From Longimonas sp. (lineage in GTDB: Bacteria; Bacteroidota; Rhodothermia; Rhodothermales; Salinibacteraceae): a stretch of DNA of 62,650 bases. The stretch is taken from assembly GCF_040409695.1 (NCBI RefSeq), contig NZ_JARWGJ010000200.1, positions 1 through 62,650 on the forward strand, written 5' to 3'. Below, one piece after another: positions 51,874-62,650 of the stretch (the stretch's first letter is position 1; each line of letters opens with the position of its first letter). The notes under the pieces are model-generated. The model saw nothing but the letters and a program-made list of their open reading frames with translations. It was not told the DNA's origin and did not search any database. The translations under genes were made by a program, and so were the position numbers.

Positions 51874-54800
51874 CTAAAAGAGGCCGCCGCCTCCACGCCC
51901 GCCACCGCCATCAAGCAGTCCTCCGGCTGCGCCGCCCAGACGGCCTCCCGCTTCGTTACGGGGTACGTTCAGCTGTAGCAGGTTGCGCAGCTGCCCGCCT
52001 TTTACGTTAAGGCTGAAGCTGTAGGACTGCAGACTACCAAACGGAGCCCAGGAGAACGACATTTCCCAGGCGCCCAGGTCGCGATAGATCGAGAGCTGCG
52101 TGGTTGTAATCTCGGTCTCCACGATGTCGAATCCACTGCGCCCGCTGATCTGCCACTTGGGCGTCAGGCGAAAGTCGAACGTACCGTTTACAGAGGCGCG
52201 GTGGTTGGCTTCGCGGAAGCGACGGTTCATGTTGTACGTGAAGTCAAAGCGCAGCGACCAGGGCAGCGCAAAGTCTACACGCCCCGGTGTCGCCACATCT
52301 GGACGGGACGGGGTTGTGCCGTCTACCGGACTGCGCTGGTCGGGCGTCGGCCCACCCTGCCGCTGACGGCTTGCTGTCTGTTGGGGGCTCCTTCCCTGCT
52401 GGCGATCGCCACCGCCCCGAAGCTGCCCACTGAACGACGCGTTGAATTGCGTGAGGCGCAGCGGCGTAAGCAAGCTATTCGAAATCATATACTGGTCGAT
52501 AACCGAAAACTGCTCCCGGTCGGGGTCGTCAGAGACGTCGGCAAACTGATAGGGGGAGAAGGTGGAGCGCAGGTTGATGTTGTAATCATTGATGCGGGTG
52601 CGTGCCGTAAAGCGGAAGTCGCTCAGGTTGAGCGAGTCGGCCGCGAGGTTGTACGACGACGAGGCGTTGAGCCGGAGTAGCTGAATCGTGTTCTCCTGGG
52701 TAGCTCCGGTCGTATCCACCCGTACCCGCTTGGTCTCAAACTGATTATTTACACTGAAGCTGATGTTCTGCTGCTCCGTACTTCCGCGCACGTCACGCCC
52801 CGTAAAGATATCATAGCGCTGCTCTGTGCCGTCAAGGTCTGAAATATAGGTGCGCGTTCGTCCCCAGAACGGGTTATTGAAGTCTGGCTGGTAGCTATAA
52901 GAGACCGAGGGCTGTACACGGTGGCGCAGGCCACGGAACGATCCTACGCGTACAGGGAAGAGCCCAAAGAACTCGGTGCTCATGCTTACGCCCGTCGAAA
53001 AATCATGACGTGCCGCAAACCCGGATTCGGTACTGCGCTCCACACGCGTCTCTACCGGGGTGCCCACGCCTGGCGCTGTCTCATCGGTGTCGAGCGTATC
53101 AACAACAAGCTCCTTGCGCTGCGTACGCAAAACCCAGTCTGACCGGTAGTTGATGTTCGGGTTAATGCTCAGGTTGTACTGGTTGACCCGAAACGTTGCG
53201 TTGACCGGGATGCGGTGGCTGGCTTCGATGTCAAACGGATCGCTCCGGTCGGGGTCGCTGTGTCCCTCACGATATGCACTGGGGGATACAAACGCCTCAT
53301 ACCATTCGATGTCGGTCTCCTCGGTCGGGCGGTAGACAAACTCATTGCTGAGCGATCCGGTGTAGCTTGTCGTGATGCGTTCATACCAGGCTTCGTCGCG
53401 CCCCACGCGGTCGCGCTCGAAGGGTTTAAAGCTTCGCTGGTTAAACGAGACATCGGGGAGGGTAAGGCGCGTGTCGCCTGAGTTGAGGTTCTGGCGCTGA
53501 CTGGCTTGCACTGAGATCTGGCGGCCACTGCCCTGCCAGCGCTTTTGATAGCGGATGTTAGATGACACTTCTTGCCGAACGGCGTCGTTGAAGTTAGTCG
53601 TGTTCTCGCGGACAAAGTCGGACGACGTAACCAGGTTAACGCGCCCTCGAATAGAAGAGGTTGGGTTGAGATCCTGGTTATGGTTCCAGCGCAGGGTGCC
53701 CTCGACCGAGCTCTGAAAGTCGGGGTCTTCCGGCTGCCCGATGCGTTCAAACAGTACGTTCAGGTTCAGGCTGCCGTCGTAGTGATAGCGGCGGTTGTAG
53801 CGGAATCGGGGACTGATCTCGAAGCTTCCGCCCGACCATACGCCTCCACGCAGCGTAATGTCGGTAAACTCGTTCATGGCGAAATACCACCCAAAATCGC
53901 GCAGATAGAATCCACGTCGGTCTTCCCCATATGTAGGCGGAAGTGGACCGCTACGCCGCCCTTCGGTGTAAGGTACGATGCCAAAAGGAAGCCAGAGCGG
54001 CGTTGGGATATTGAAGATATAGAGCTGAATGGGTCCGGTATAGACCCACCGTTCGTTAACAAGCTTCATCCGGTCGGAGCGGAGCGAGTACGACGGTGTG
54101 ACGCCAGGGGGGCGCTGGTCGGTTGTGTAGCTGCCGCGCTGCACAAACGACGTTCCCTCTTCATATCGCTTGATCACGCCTCCCTCAATAAACCCCTCGG
54201 CCTCAGAAGTGCGGGCCTGGGTAACGCGGCCGCGCTGCGTGCGGAGGTTGAAGGCAAGCTCCTCGCCAGAAAACTCATCGCCGTCGCCCCGGTCGAACAC
54301 AGGAAACGGCGTGCGAGCCGTATCCGACGGGGGACCCGAGGCATGCATCTCATCGCTTGCAAACAGGTAGCGGATGGTCTGAGCTTGCAGCACGTTATCT
54401 TGGTAGGTAGCTGACGCTTCGCCGTGTAGGGTGCCCGTGTCGCCGTCGGGGTCGTCGAACGAAAGGATCAGCGAGTCGCGGGCCGCCAGCTCGATCGGGG
54501 CATCCAGGGCCCCCTCTCGCGCTTCCGGTCGTTCCTGCGACGGCGCTGCTTCGCCGGCAGGGGCGAGGGCATCCTCGGGCAGCTCCGCACCTGTGGCCTG
54601 CGTGGTGTCAGGCAGCGCGTCAGCGTCAGGCGACGGGTCGGAGGCCGTGGTGTCCACATCCAGCGTATCCGCCTCTAACGTATCGGCATCCAGCGTATCG
54701 GCATCCAGCGTATCCGCGATCACGTTGGAGGGCGCGGCGCTGCCGGCTGTACCGAGAGAGATGTTCTGTTTGGTAGCATCCGTAGCGTCTGTGGCGAAAG

Positions 54801-54891
54801 CAGTTGTTGCAAGCAGCGCTCCGCATCCTATCCAGACCCAGAGCAGTCCCGCAGCTACCCAACTCCATTGTTGCGGATACCGGTGCGTCAT
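51874..54891 (-). CDS. lptD: LPS-assembly outer-membrane protein LptD
   Basis: Signal peptide; ARDSLI, PTPLWLPFG, RRSG..P.YGE, IYRDL..WEMSFSW motifs; long beta-barrel. Confidence 0.85.
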   Translation of the reverse strand: MTHRYPQQWSWVAAGLLWVWIGCGALLATTAFATDATDATKQNISLGTAGSAAPSNVIADTLDADTLDADTLEADTLDVDTTASDPSPDADALPDTTQATGAELPEDALAPAGEAAPSQERPEAREGALDAPIELAARDSLILSFDDPDGDTGTLHGEASATYQDNVLQAQTIRYLFASDEMHASGPPSDTARTPFPVFDRGDGDEFSGEELAFNLRTQRGRVTQARTSEAEGFIEGGVIKRYEEGTSFVQRGSYTTDQRPPGVTPSYSLRSDRMKLVNERWVYTGPIQLYIFNIPTPLWLPFGIVPYTEGRRSGPLPPTYGEDRRGFYLRDFGWYFAMNEFTDITLRGGVWSGGSFEISPRFRYNRRYHYDGSLNLNVLFERIGQPEDPDFQSSVEGTLRWNHNQDLNPTSSIRGRVNLVTSSDFVRENTTNFNDAVRQEVSSNIRYQKRWQGSGRQISVQASQRQNLNSGDTRLTLPDVSFNQRSFKPFERDRVGRDEAWYERITTSYTGSLSNEFVYRPTEETDIEWYEAFVSPSAYREGHSDPDRSDPFDIEASHRIPVNATFRVNQYNLSINPNINYRSDWVLRTQRKELVVDTLDTDETAPGVGTPVETRVERSTESGFAARHDFSTGVSMSTEFFGLFPVRVGSFRGLRHRVQPSVSYSYQPDFNNPFWGRTRTYISDLDGTEQRYDIFTGRDVRGSTEQQNISFSVNNQFETKRVRVDTTGATQENTIQLLRLNASSSYNLAADSLNLSDFRFTARTRINDYNINLRSTFSPYQFADVSDDPDREQFSVIDQYMISNSLLTPLRLTQFNASFSGQLRGGGDRQQGRSPQQTASRQRQGGPTPDQRSPVDGTTPSRPDVATPGRVDFALPWSLRFDFTYNMNRRFREANHRASVNGTFDFRLTPKWQISGRSGFDIVETEITTTQLSIYRDLGAWEMSFSWAPFGSLQSYSFSLNVKGGQLRNLLQLNVPRNEAGGRLGGAAGGLLDGGGGRGGGGLF

Positions 54892-54977
54892 GGTTGCTTT
54901 TCGTGAGAGCGCGAGTACAGCAGCGGATTCGGTCCGCGTACAGGAAGGAGGCGTATTGGGAGATGCGAAGCGGAGTA

Positions 54978-55943
54978 TTACGACGTTGGTGAAGCATCGA
55001 ATGCAAGGCGGGCAGCCCCCAGGAGGCCGACCTCGTTGCCGAGGCGTTCCCGCTCAATGCGGAGCCCGTCTCGGAGTCCGGGCGCGACGTACTTCGCGAG
55101 AGATTTACGCGCCGGATCCAGCAGAAAATCGCCGGCCTTTGATACGCCGCCGCCAACAATGATTACGCGGATGTCAAGCAAGTTTACGGCGCTGCCAAGC
55201 CCACACCCGAGCTTGTGTCCGGCCCAAGCGAGGATGTCGATCGCGGCGGTGTCGCCCTGTGTAGCCGCCTCATGCAAAATGCGAGGCGACAGCGCGCTCA
55301 GGTCGCCGTCGGTGAGGGCATAGACGAGGCTATCGGGATGGTTACGTAGTCGCATACGGGCATGCTGCGACAGAAACTGCTGTCCGAGGTATGCTTCGAG
55401 GGCACCGCCCACACCGGAGTTTGCCAGGGGGCCTTCGTAGTCGATGGTTATGTGGCCGATCTCGCCAGCGCCGCCGCTGCTTCCACGAAATATCTTGTTC
55501 TGGTGGATGATCGCTCCGCCCACGCCGGTGCCAAGGGTAACCATTAGGAACGAGTCGTAGGCAGTTCCCGCCCCATAGTGGGCACAGCCAAGCCCGGCCA
55601 CGTTGGCATCGTTTTCCACAACAATGTGCGAGAGCCCAGTTCGAGTAGCCAGTTCCTTGCGCACATCAATTACGTTCCAACCCGGCAGGTTGGGGGGATG
55701 ACTGACTGTAGTGCGATCAAGGTTAATGGCGCCGGGAGAGCCGATGCCAATACCTATAGGCGCAGCGTCGTGGTCGTCTGAGAGGCCCGCGGTTAGCTCC
55801 GCGATGACGTCGAGCACGTGCGTGGGGCCGCGTTCGGCCTCGGTAGGGCGCGACCGCTGTTCAACAAGGCCCTGGCGCTTTTCAACCAATCCGGCTTTGA
55901 TATTGGTTCCGCCAAGGTCGATGCCGATTGCGTGTATGCTCAT
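54978..55943 (-). CDS. ROK family sugar kinase (glucokinase-like)
   Basis: GIDLGGT, ENDAN, TLGTGVGG, AGEIGH, GGGVS, GLLGAA. Confidence 0.9.
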   Translation of the reverse strand: MSIHAIGIDLGGTNIKAGLVEKRQGLVEQRSRPTEAERGPTHVLDVIAELTAGLSDDHDAAPIGIGIGSPGAINLDRTTVSHPPNLPGWNVIDVRKELATRTGLSHIVVENDANVAGLGCAHYGAGTAYDSFLMVTLGTGVGGAIIHQNKIFRGSSGGAGEIGHITIDYEGPLANSGVGGALEAYLGQQFLSQHARMRLRNHPDSLVYALTDGDLSALSPRILHEAATQGDTAAIDILAWAGHKLGCGLGSAVNLLDIRVIIVGGGVSKAGDFLLDPARKSLAKYVAPGLRDGLRIERERLGNEVGLLGAARLAFDASPTS

Positions 55944-55972
55944 GTAGACGGAGTGTAGGTGTGGAGGCGAGG

Positions 55973-56260
55973 CTACTCGATTCGATGCACGGTTTCGCCG
56001 GGGTACTGCATCCCATACTCTTCGCGAGCGATGCGCTCGATAGTCTCATCAGAGAGCGGGTCTTCCAGCTGCTCACGAAGATTTTCGATCTGGATGCGCA
56101 GGCGCTCGTTCTCTGCACGCACCTCCTGGTGCTGCTGGTGTAGCTCAACGCGATGCATGATGCTGTGCGTATCCAAAAAGAAGACCCATATAAGGCCGAA
56201 CGCAAGCATCAGCACCGCAGTCCAGCGTAGAATGGTGCGTCGTGGTAGGGAAAGCAACAT
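55973..56260 (-). CDS. ftsB: Septum formation initiator FtsB/DivIC
   Basis: TM, coiled coil, IERIAREEYGM..PGE; directly downstream of eno. Confidence 0.85.
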   Translation of the reverse strand: MLLSLPRRTILRWTAVLMLAFGLIWVFFLDTHSIMHRVELHQQHQEVRAENERLRIQIENLREQLEDPLSDETIERIAREEYGMQYPGETVHRIE

Positions 56261-56354
56261 GGCAAGAGACCATGAGCGATAAAGCAGTGAACAGAGCGCC
56301 ACATGTGCGCAGGCAGATAGCGGGATAGCATAGCGGCGCGGCTATCCGGCGCGG

Positions 56355-57692
<1,338 letters not shown>

Positions 57693-57855
57693 TCAAGAAC
57701 GGCAGTAGCACCGCAAATAACAAGAACGAGCGGTTTCCTGATTACGAAAAAAGGATAACAACAGACGAATAAGAAGAAAGACGTGGGGAATAGTCAGGTC
57801 AACAGATACAAACAGAAGAAAGGCCAGCGGTAGATCCGCTGACCTTTCTGTGATA

Positions 57856-57891
57856 GTACAGCCGTATGTACAGCCGTATGTACAGCCATAT
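57856..57891. repeat. Tandem repeat 3 x 12 bp (gtacagccgtat), one mismatch
   Basis: Read directly from the sequence. Confidence 0.9.
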
Positions 57892-57942
57892 GAGGGTGTA
57901 CAGAGCACGCCGCACTGCCGGCGCGGATGCACTACTTACCGC

Positions 57943-59292
57943 TTACCGCGTGCGCACGGTTGTGCTCTCGTTGATCCAGGAGTAGCATCCCGAATCGATC
58001 CGGGTGCTTTCGCCCTGTGCCCAGTCATCACGGTAGAACACATCCTCGGTGCTTGGAAAGTATTCGCGATATGTGTTTGCTTTGTTGCGGGCGTTATTCG
58101 CTACGCTCTGGTCGCCCTCACGTTGGGCCCGCTCGTAATGATCAACCGCGAGCCAGTAGACGGCCCGGTCGGAACGGCCCATTTCGCTTCCTGCACATTC
58201 AGAAACGGCCTGCACGTAGAGATCACCGATTGACACGTGCGCCCGTGCAAACGAGTCGTCAACCTCCAGTGCCCGGCGAAAATAGGTTCGGGCTTTAGAA
58301 AGCTGCCCCATACGTTCCTGGGCCTGGCCCATGCTGTGGTAGTTCTCAGCAGTAAGCTCGGCTCCTTTTTCAACAGCGGTTTCGAACGTATCGAACGCCT
58401 CCTGGTGCTCACCATCCTCGAGATAGAGCTGCGCGATCGCAACATAGATCTCAGCCGGAGGGTCCATGGTTATCAGGTCTTCAGCCAGTTCGTTAGCTGC
58501 ATCCAGACGGCCTTGCTCAATGTATAGCGAGAACAGCTGCGAGATGACTTCTACATTTTCTGGGTCATCTTCCACAACGCCTTCAAGATAGCTGATCAGC
58601 TCATTGGGATTGCGGTCGAAGATGCGATCGCGCTCACGGTTCACGATCGTCATCACCTCCTCGTCGTCTCCACGCAGCTCTTCTACACGCCCCATGAATG
58701 CAATAGCATCTCCCTGATCACCGCGCTCAACATACTCTTCGATGACTTCATTGATGAAGTATGTTTGGATACGCTGCGGGTCGATTTCGAAGGCACGCTC
58801 GTAGTGGGTCGGGGCATTAACCAGGTTCTCGTACGAGTTGTTAAGCTCCGAGCCGTATTGCTGTAGAAAACGCCCACGGTTCATCTCCCACCGGTACATG
58901 CTATACTCGATGCCTTTGTCGTCGAGCTTATTGGGGGCGTCCGACAGCATTACGGCTGCCGAGTCAAGGTAGGCTACCCGCTCAGATTCGTCATCGGCCT
59001 TTTCAGCCAGACCAGTGTACAGGTCTACAGCGCGGCGATAGTTACGGTCATCGTCGAAGGGAGCAGTAGGCGCATGCTCCAAGATCCAGCGCAGGTTGGG
59101 CGCTGCGCTCTCCCACTCCTCGTTGTTGTAGTCCTCGGTGTAGAGACTGTACGCCCGGCGAATGTCCATATCGCTTGGACCTTCGTCGTCATTGCTCTGC
59201 GCGTACAGCGTCTGAGGGAGCAGCGCTCCTACAAGCATAACTGCTACAGCGAAGAGGGCAGTGGAGAGCCTGGGGCTGATCGTGGCGTGCAT
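57943..59292 (-). CDS. Exported tetratricopeptide-repeat protein
   Basis: Signal peptide; TPR helices; C-terminal YWLAVD..YFP..ED.F..WINESTTVR. Confidence 0.85.
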   Translation of the reverse strand: MHATISPRLSTALFAVAVMLVGALLPQTLYAQSNDDEGPSDMDIRRAYSLYTEDYNNEEWESAAPNLRWILEHAPTAPFDDDRNYRRAVDLYTGLAEKADDESERVAYLDSAAVMLSDAPNKLDDKGIEYSMYRWEMNRGRFLQQYGSELNNSYENLVNAPTHYERAFEIDPQRIQTYFINEVIEEYVERGDQGDAIAFMGRVEELRGDDEEVMTIVNRERDRIFDRNPNELISYLEGVVEDDPENVEVISQLFSLYIEQGRLDAANELAEDLITMDPPAEIYVAIAQLYLEDGEHQEAFDTFETAVEKGAELTAENYHSMGQAQERMGQLSKARTYFRRALEVDDSFARAHVSIGDLYVQAVSECAGSEMGRSDRAVYWLAVDHYERAQREGDQSVANNARNKANTYREYFPSTEDVFYRDDWAQGESTRIDSGCYSWINESTTVRTR

Positions 59293-59459
59293 TTGAGTGT
59301 ATACATTAGTGAACAGGACGTAACAGAATGTTGAACACTATGCACATTGTGTGTGCATGTGGGTAGGCCGAACTGAGAGCGCACGATAGAGGCAAAGCAT
59401 CTTCGTGCAGCAACGCAAGATTGTCTTGTAGAGTACGTGCAGCTGCTCGAACAGGCAGT

Positions 59460-60779
59460 TTACCTGAGCCTGCGCTGCTGAAACCAGCGTTCGCCGATAC
59501 TTACACGGGCCGTGATGCCGTAGTAGGTGTCGCGCACGAGGCCCTGGTCGGTTGTACCTTGTCGTCCTACACTTCCTGTAAGATCAATCCGCGTGCCAGA
59601 AATGGCGGTAGGCAAGCTAATCCCCAAGCGCGCTTCAACCGCGTTTATGGACGTCTCGGTGGTGGGCGACGTGTACAGCTGCTCGTAAGACACCCCAACG
59701 CGGTAAGCGGTCTGGGCCAGGAATCCACGGAAGGCATCGTCGCCGGCCGGGCGCCACTCCACACCCGAGGAGACCCGCCAGCGGTCGTTAAGTGTCTCTG
59801 TTCCACCCTCCGGAAAACCGAATGGCATGCCCGCAGTTGCCGTAAGGCTGCTTGAGGCATTGCCCCAGGGAGCATACACGCCCTCTGTCGTAACGGTAAG
59901 AGCAGCACTCGGCGCATAGGCAACGCCGACTTTAGCGGTCCAGGGCATATCCAAGGCGCCTCCTGAAGCTGTGCTTAGCGTATCTTGGTCAAGGCTCTCT
60001 CCTGTAGTGCGCGTACGTGTGCCCGACAGTTCGGTGGGGAGCGTAAAGGCAGCCCCCACCATGAGGTTGTCGTCGTCGTTGAGGACGTTGTTTAGCGTGA
60101 GGTGGGTACCGAGCGTGGCTGTAAGTGCTGAAAGACGGATTCCGTCCGTGACGACAGCATCTCTGAAATCGGTACGCTCAAACGAGGTGCGGCGCCGGCT
60201 TTCAATGGTGCCAAACAGATAGTCGAGGCTTGCGCCTACGCTAATGGCACTGTTGATGCGGTAGCCCATTCCGCCCGTGATGGTGTGAAGGCCACCGCGT
60301 CCAAGAAACTCTACTTCATAGTCGAGAGACTCATCGGGAAAGGGGCTTGTCGCTGACGTGCCGGACTGTATCACGCGGAAGTTTGATCGAGATACAGGAG
60401 CGAATCCAAACGCTACTCCGATCTTCTGGCGCTCAAGAGGAAAGCTAAATTGGACGCCGTCGAACGTTCCTGCTGTAAGGCGGCTATCTTCTGTGCCCGT
60501 GCTGGACTCAATGGTGCGAAATCGTGCCCCAAGCGAGGCACGCGTAAGCACCTGATCGCTCCATAGGGCTGGATTGCTGAAATTTGTGTAGTTGAGGGAG
60601 CGCAGCGCTACGCCATGGCCGCCCATCGCCTCGGCCTGAGACGAGGAGATGACCTGAAGTTCGCCAATACCGAATCGAGAGTAGATAGACCCGTCGCCGG
60701 CAGACTGGCCCCACACCGGCAAGGTGCTGGCGACAAGAACCAGGGCGCTAATCAACAGCGTTCGAACAGAGTGAGTCAT
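59460..60779 (-). CDS. Outer-membrane beta-barrel (FadL/OmpP1-like)
   Basis: Signal peptide; SIYSRFGIG, AMGG, NPA; C-terminal ERWF. Confidence 0.78.
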   Translation of the reverse strand: MTHSVRTLLISALVLVASTLPVWGQSAGDGSIYSRFGIGELQVISSSQAEAMGGHGVALRSLNYTNFSNPALWSDQVLTRASLGARFRTIESSTGTEDSRLTAGTFDGVQFSFPLERQKIGVAFGFAPVSRSNFRVIQSGTSATSPFPDESLDYEVEFLGRGGLHTITGGMGYRINSAISVGASLDYLFGTIESRRRTSFERTDFRDAVVTDGIRLSALTATLGTHLTLNNVLNDDDNLMVGAAFTLPTELSGTRTRTTGESLDQDTLSTASGGALDMPWTAKVGVAYAPSAALTVTTEGVYAPWGNASSSLTATAGMPFGFPEGGTETLNDRWRVSSGVEWRPAGDDAFRGFLAQTAYRVGVSYEQLYTSPTTETSINAVEARLGISLPTAISGTRIDLTGSVGRQGTTDQGLVRDTYYGITARVSIGERWFQQRRLR

Positions 60780-60885
60780 GAAAGTCAGTTGAGAATCAAG
60801 CAAGTGCAGACCATGCAGGTGAGCGGCCCCACAAAGGGGGCGTGGAGGTCAATCGTGCTGTCTAAGTCGGGGCGACGAAGAAGCA

Positions 60886-62121
60886 CTAAAAGGGCGTTAC
60901 GGTTACAGTAGCGCGGGGACTGGTAGAAGGATCTTCATCAGCATCAGGGGCCACCCGGTGAAAGACGGAGACGCCAAGTGAGAGCTCGTCAGAACTTCCG
61001 TCAGTTCCACCACGGGGCGTTACGATAAAGCGCTGAAAAGGTGGAGTGCGCAGAAAACTGTCTTCAAAGACTTGCAAGGGGTTTTCGCCCGTGATGCGCA
61101 CTGCGTCGGTGACAACGGAGATACCACTGGCTAACGTCACCTCTTGTGCATCATCTGTAGAGATTCCGGAAAGCTCGTAGTCCGACGGCTGTGGGCGTAC
61201 GAATCCTTCTGGGGTGTTCTCGAAGAAGAGCGTAGAGTCAACAGGCAAGACAAACTCGGCCCGGTTAACTGGGACGCCCTGGAGCGTATCCAACGGTGGA
61301 TTCTCAAAGTCGAAAGCAAACGTCAGGGTCTGGCCAAATCCGCTCTGAACGAGAATCCGGTCGTCGGGCAGGTTCGGGGCGGTATCGCGTTCCACGGTTG
61401 TGAGACTGGCGCGGCCCTCAAGGGCGGTGGTATCGCTGCCCGTTACGACGCTTAAATTGGCGTCGGTGCGGTTGAATCCTACAGCAGCATTCCCCGATTC
61501 GTGGGCGATACGGAAGCCCGCAAATGTATCAAGAAATGACTGCCCCCCATCGGTGGTATCGCGGAGCGTAGCTTCATTTTCCTGAATCCAGGACTCAGGC
61601 AGTGGGATGAGCACCTCCTCGTCGGTGGGCAAGAAGTCAACCGAGGTGACGGCATCGCCTGATGCAAGGGTTGTGTCGGTACGTGCCTCGTCAGGAGACC
61701 AAGGGGCTGGCATGTCGTAGACGGTCAAACTGAGCGTGCCGGTCGTGTCGCCGTATACAGAAACCGGTGCGAACCGGAGGAATGCGCCATCTACGGGCCC
61801 CTCTACAAATGAAGACGACACAGATGCAGGCTGACGAACATTGAAGAACCCTTCGGCCCGTGTCACACCGGCAACCGGATCGTCTACGCGTCCTGCAAAG
61901 AAACGTTGTGGGCTTTGCGTCCCGACTCCTCCTGCTACAGCCGGGGCGCGCTCGGTGTCTACAGTGTTGGGGAGCAGGTCAACGGTAATGGGCTCGCCGC
62001 CTTCAAGCGGATCGGGACCAACTCCAACTCCGACCCCAGAAGGGTCGTCGTCGCACGCGAGCAGAACGAGCATAAGCCCGCTAAGAAAAAAAGCGTACAG
62101 AAACAGTCGGGCAATGTGCAT
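60886..62121 (-). CDS. Lipoprotein, DUF4270-like
   Basis: Lipobox LLAC-DDDPSGVG; AGRVDDPV.G; YGDT; VNRAEF. Confidence 0.7.
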   Translation of the reverse strand: MHIARLFLYAFFLSGLMLVLLACDDDPSGVGVGVGPDPLEGGEPITVDLLPNTVDTERAPAVAGGVGTQSPQRFFAGRVDDPVAGVTRAEGFFNVRQPASVSSSFVEGPVDGAFLRFAPVSVYGDTTGTLSLTVYDMPAPWSPDEARTDTTLASGDAVTSVDFLPTDEEVLIPLPESWIQENEATLRDTTDGGQSFLDTFAGFRIAHESGNAAVGFNRTDANLSVVTGSDTTALEGRASLTTVERDTAPNLPDDRILVQSGFGQTLTFAFDFENPPLDTLQGVPVNRAEFVLPVDSTLFFENTPEGFVRPQPSDYELSGISTDDAQEVTLASGISVVTDAVRITGENPLQVFEDSFLRTPPFQRFIVTPRGGTDGSSDELSLGVSVFHRVAPDADEDPSTSPRATVTVTPF

Positions 62122-62525
62122 ACGAGATAAGAGACGCCTGGCAGAGCGCAATCGTGAGAAACATGACGAGAAAGCACGTTATTGGTTGGTTACAGTTCGG
62201 TGGTGTAAACAACCGAAAACCCCAAACGGAAGACAGTCGCTTGGGTTCTCTGGCTACGAGGCGCAGTACTTACGAGGCGCCTGATGTTTCGCCTGCTTCG
62301 AAAAACGCCGGCATCCCCAGTCTGATCTGTCACACTTGGAGGTGCAACGTTGTGGCGAGCGATATAGCGCTGGGTCGGAGTAAGATAGGTAACTGCTGGC
62401 AAAGGCTTATGCAGAGCATGGGTTCACACCAAACATGTGTTTAGTCAGAGCCCGATTCAACTTGAGAAGGCAGAGACTGACTGGGAACCCGGTCTAAGTA
62501 GCTCAGCAAAAGTACGTTTACACCT

Positions 62526-62599
62526 TGTCATCGCGAGGAGGGAGCGTGCGACCGACGCGGCGCTGGGCGAAGCCCGAGTACTCCTGGGGTGCGATCTCA
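62526..62599. repeat. REP-like element (left part)
   Basis: tgtcatcgcgaggag...cgacgcggcg...gcgatctc; shares gtactcctggggtgc with 34406-34420. Confidence 0.45.
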
Positions 62600-62650
62600 T
62601 GCGCCAGTTAGAGCGGTTTACCCTACTTGGAAGGCACAAGCTTGCATGCT

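Overview
A 62.6-kb GC-rich bacterial chromosomal segment made mostly of housekeeping and envelope genes. Gene content and acidic proteins suggest a halophilic Rhodothermales (Salinibacter/Longimonas-like) organism; this is inference. Recognisable genes include typA (partial), engB, sucD, gatA, tatA, add, aroA, polX, tnaA, rsgA, ansA, lon, a CBS-domain cystathionine beta-synthase, an LptF/G permease, sucC, lptD, a ROK kinase, ftsB and eno. There is also an ECF sigma/anti-sigma/DUF4252 module and several uncharacterised lipoproteins and outer-membrane proteins. I see no rRNA, tRNA, CRISPR array, intact transposase or prophage. The most unusual observations are: (1) three apparent pseudo-enzymes within about 7 kb (a PolX lacking its polymerase aspartates, a co-oriented degenerate penicillin-acylase-like protein, and a PAS histidine kinase with a degenerate ATP-binding domain); (2) several families of palindromic MITE/REP-like elements, one flanked by TAA duplications that coincide with stop codons; (3) many 10-19 bp tandem micro-duplications in intergenic DNA; (4) an unexplained ~110-nt hairpin RNA candidate between tatA and add. 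I cannot demonstrate a clear-cut novel multi-gene system from sequence alone. All family assignments come from motif recall, not database searches.
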